Shown in pieces: positions 62,792 to 64,000 of a DNA stretch of 64,000 nucleotides. Each line of letters opens with the position of its first letter. Within the stretch, counting starts at the first letter, position 1. The DNA lies in NCBI GenBank assembly GCA_964658305.1, contig OZ210885.1, positions 8,122,001 to 8,186,000 on the forward strand, given 5' to 3'. The DNA comes from Leptogorgia sarmentosa. Its lineage: Eukaryota. The notes under the pieces were generated by a model. It saw only the letters and a list, made by a program, of their open reading frames with translations. It did not search any database and was not told the DNA's origin. The position numbers and the translations under genes were made by a program.

Positions 62792-63210
62792 GCCGACGCT
62801 ATTTTCCCTTTCGTAAACGGTCGTTGCCTTCCAAAACGGTCGATGCCTTCCCTGCTCGCATTTTAAATGTTACATAATGCATTTCCACTATAAATATTTT
62901 TGTTTTCGATACTTTTCAGCGAGCTCGAAATTAGCTCAGACGGTTAGGCACGCGGTGCGTGCGTTGTAGTTTTATAGTTCAAACCCCGGCTCGACACTTT
63001 TTTTTCGCGTTAGTGATTTCAACTTATAACTTTTTTTTTTCAATATTTTTCCGACTTTTATGGTTAGGGTTAGTATTTTAGGGTTTGGGTTGGGGATTAA
63101 GCGTATTTCAAGTTTTTAAATTTGTCATAAACTAAGTAAAAAGAGAGCAGGAAGGCATCGACCGTTTGGGAAGGCAACGACCGTTTACGAAAGGGAAAAT
63201 TGCAGCGCCG
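62792..63210. mobile_element. MITE with ~55-bp TIRs, containing tRNA-like A/B boxes and TTAGGG-like motifs
   Basis: ATTTTCCCTTTCGTAAACGGTCGTTGCCTTCC..AACGGTCGATGCCTTCC mirrored at ~63145-63200; exact termini uncertain. Confidence 0.8.
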
Positions 63211-63477
63211 ACCGGGCGTCAGCCCGGGGCGAGGGTAATAATTCCGCACGCTATTTGCACCCGGGTATAGAGCTGCATAGCGGAGTCCAAAGTTTCTCGA
63301 TTTGGCCGCCATTTTGGGTCATGGTGCATCGTAGGTCATCACTGATCTCTAAAATTACTGGAATATCATGAAGAGCCGAAGCTTTTTAAAGCTTTCATGC
63401 CTTCAAGAGCTTCTTAAAGGTTTGGAAAGGGGAAAACAAAGACAACATCTGCGCGTAAAATATAAAACGCTGAGAAA

Positions 63478-64000
63478 TGGTAGGTAGGTAAAAACTTTAT
63501 TTAATCACGCTAACCCCTACAGCAGAGAGCTGATTTCCAAGGGGGGCGTGCATATTCATAAAAAAAAAATCAAAGAAGAAATTAGTTATTTACATCACGG
63601 ACACACTACATAAAGTACACTACACACATTTAAAAAAAGAATACAGTATATACATGATTACCGGCCAGGCATTATAAAATTGGTTTTAAAGGACTGGAGA
63701 GAATCCTTAGTCCTTAACTCTTCTGAGAGGCTATTCCACAATTTTACACCTCTGAAACTCAGACTTTTTTTAAGAAAGTCAGAGCGAGGATGAGGCAGAA
63801 AGAGCTTAGTGGAAGAGCTTCGTAAATTGTAATATTGGGAGGAAGGCGTCTGTAGAAAGATATCAGCTAACGCTTTTGGCGCTAGATTATTCATAATTTT
63901 ATACATTGAACTTGCTACGAACTTGGTTCTGCGTTCGCTCAGTGGCTTCCATCCAAGTTCATTCAGAGCAAGTTCAGACTGACCGTGCACGTTTTTACGG
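63478..64000 (-). mobile_element. 3' end of a CR1/L2-group LINE, continuing beyond the window
   Basis: ELGWKPLSERR..YNLR..LPHPRSDFLKKSLSFRGVKLWNSL (63658-63990), 3'UTR, AATAAA and (ACCT)n tail. Confidence 0.88.

Noticed and set aside
63062..63096. Telomere or interstitial telomeric array
   Set aside because: Only a few degenerate TTAGGG-like units, inside a MITE.

Overview
AT-rich eukaryotic (invertebrate, probably cnidarian-like; inference from repeat types) genomic DNA dominated by transposable elements. Host genes: (1) a plus-strand WD40-repeat gene, of which eight phase-consistent GT-AG exons (~759 codons, 5469-26602) can be spliced by eye, 5' end not located; (2) a minus-strand Hook-family (dynein adaptor) pseudogene (~55.5-62.1 kb) carrying a ~3 kb internal duplication whose copies share the same stop codons. 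Mobile DNA: a complete-boundary but disrupted hAT element (15-bp TIRs, 8-bp TSD), an IS630/Tc1-type element with 416-bp TIRs, D-30-E spacing and an in-frame internal deletion, an intact Ty1/copia retrotransposon with near-identical LTRs and a half-tRNAiMet PBS, three CR1/L2-group LINE copies (one with nested insertions, including an element with a 6-bp TSD), a decayed ZNF862-type hAT transposase, MULE and other fragments, many MITEs, TIR-less hairpin elements and several minisatellites. I see no CRISPR array, rRNA or intact tRNA, and no convincing wholly new multi-gene system; the most unusual items are the poorly classifiable transposons and the duplicated Hook pseudogene.
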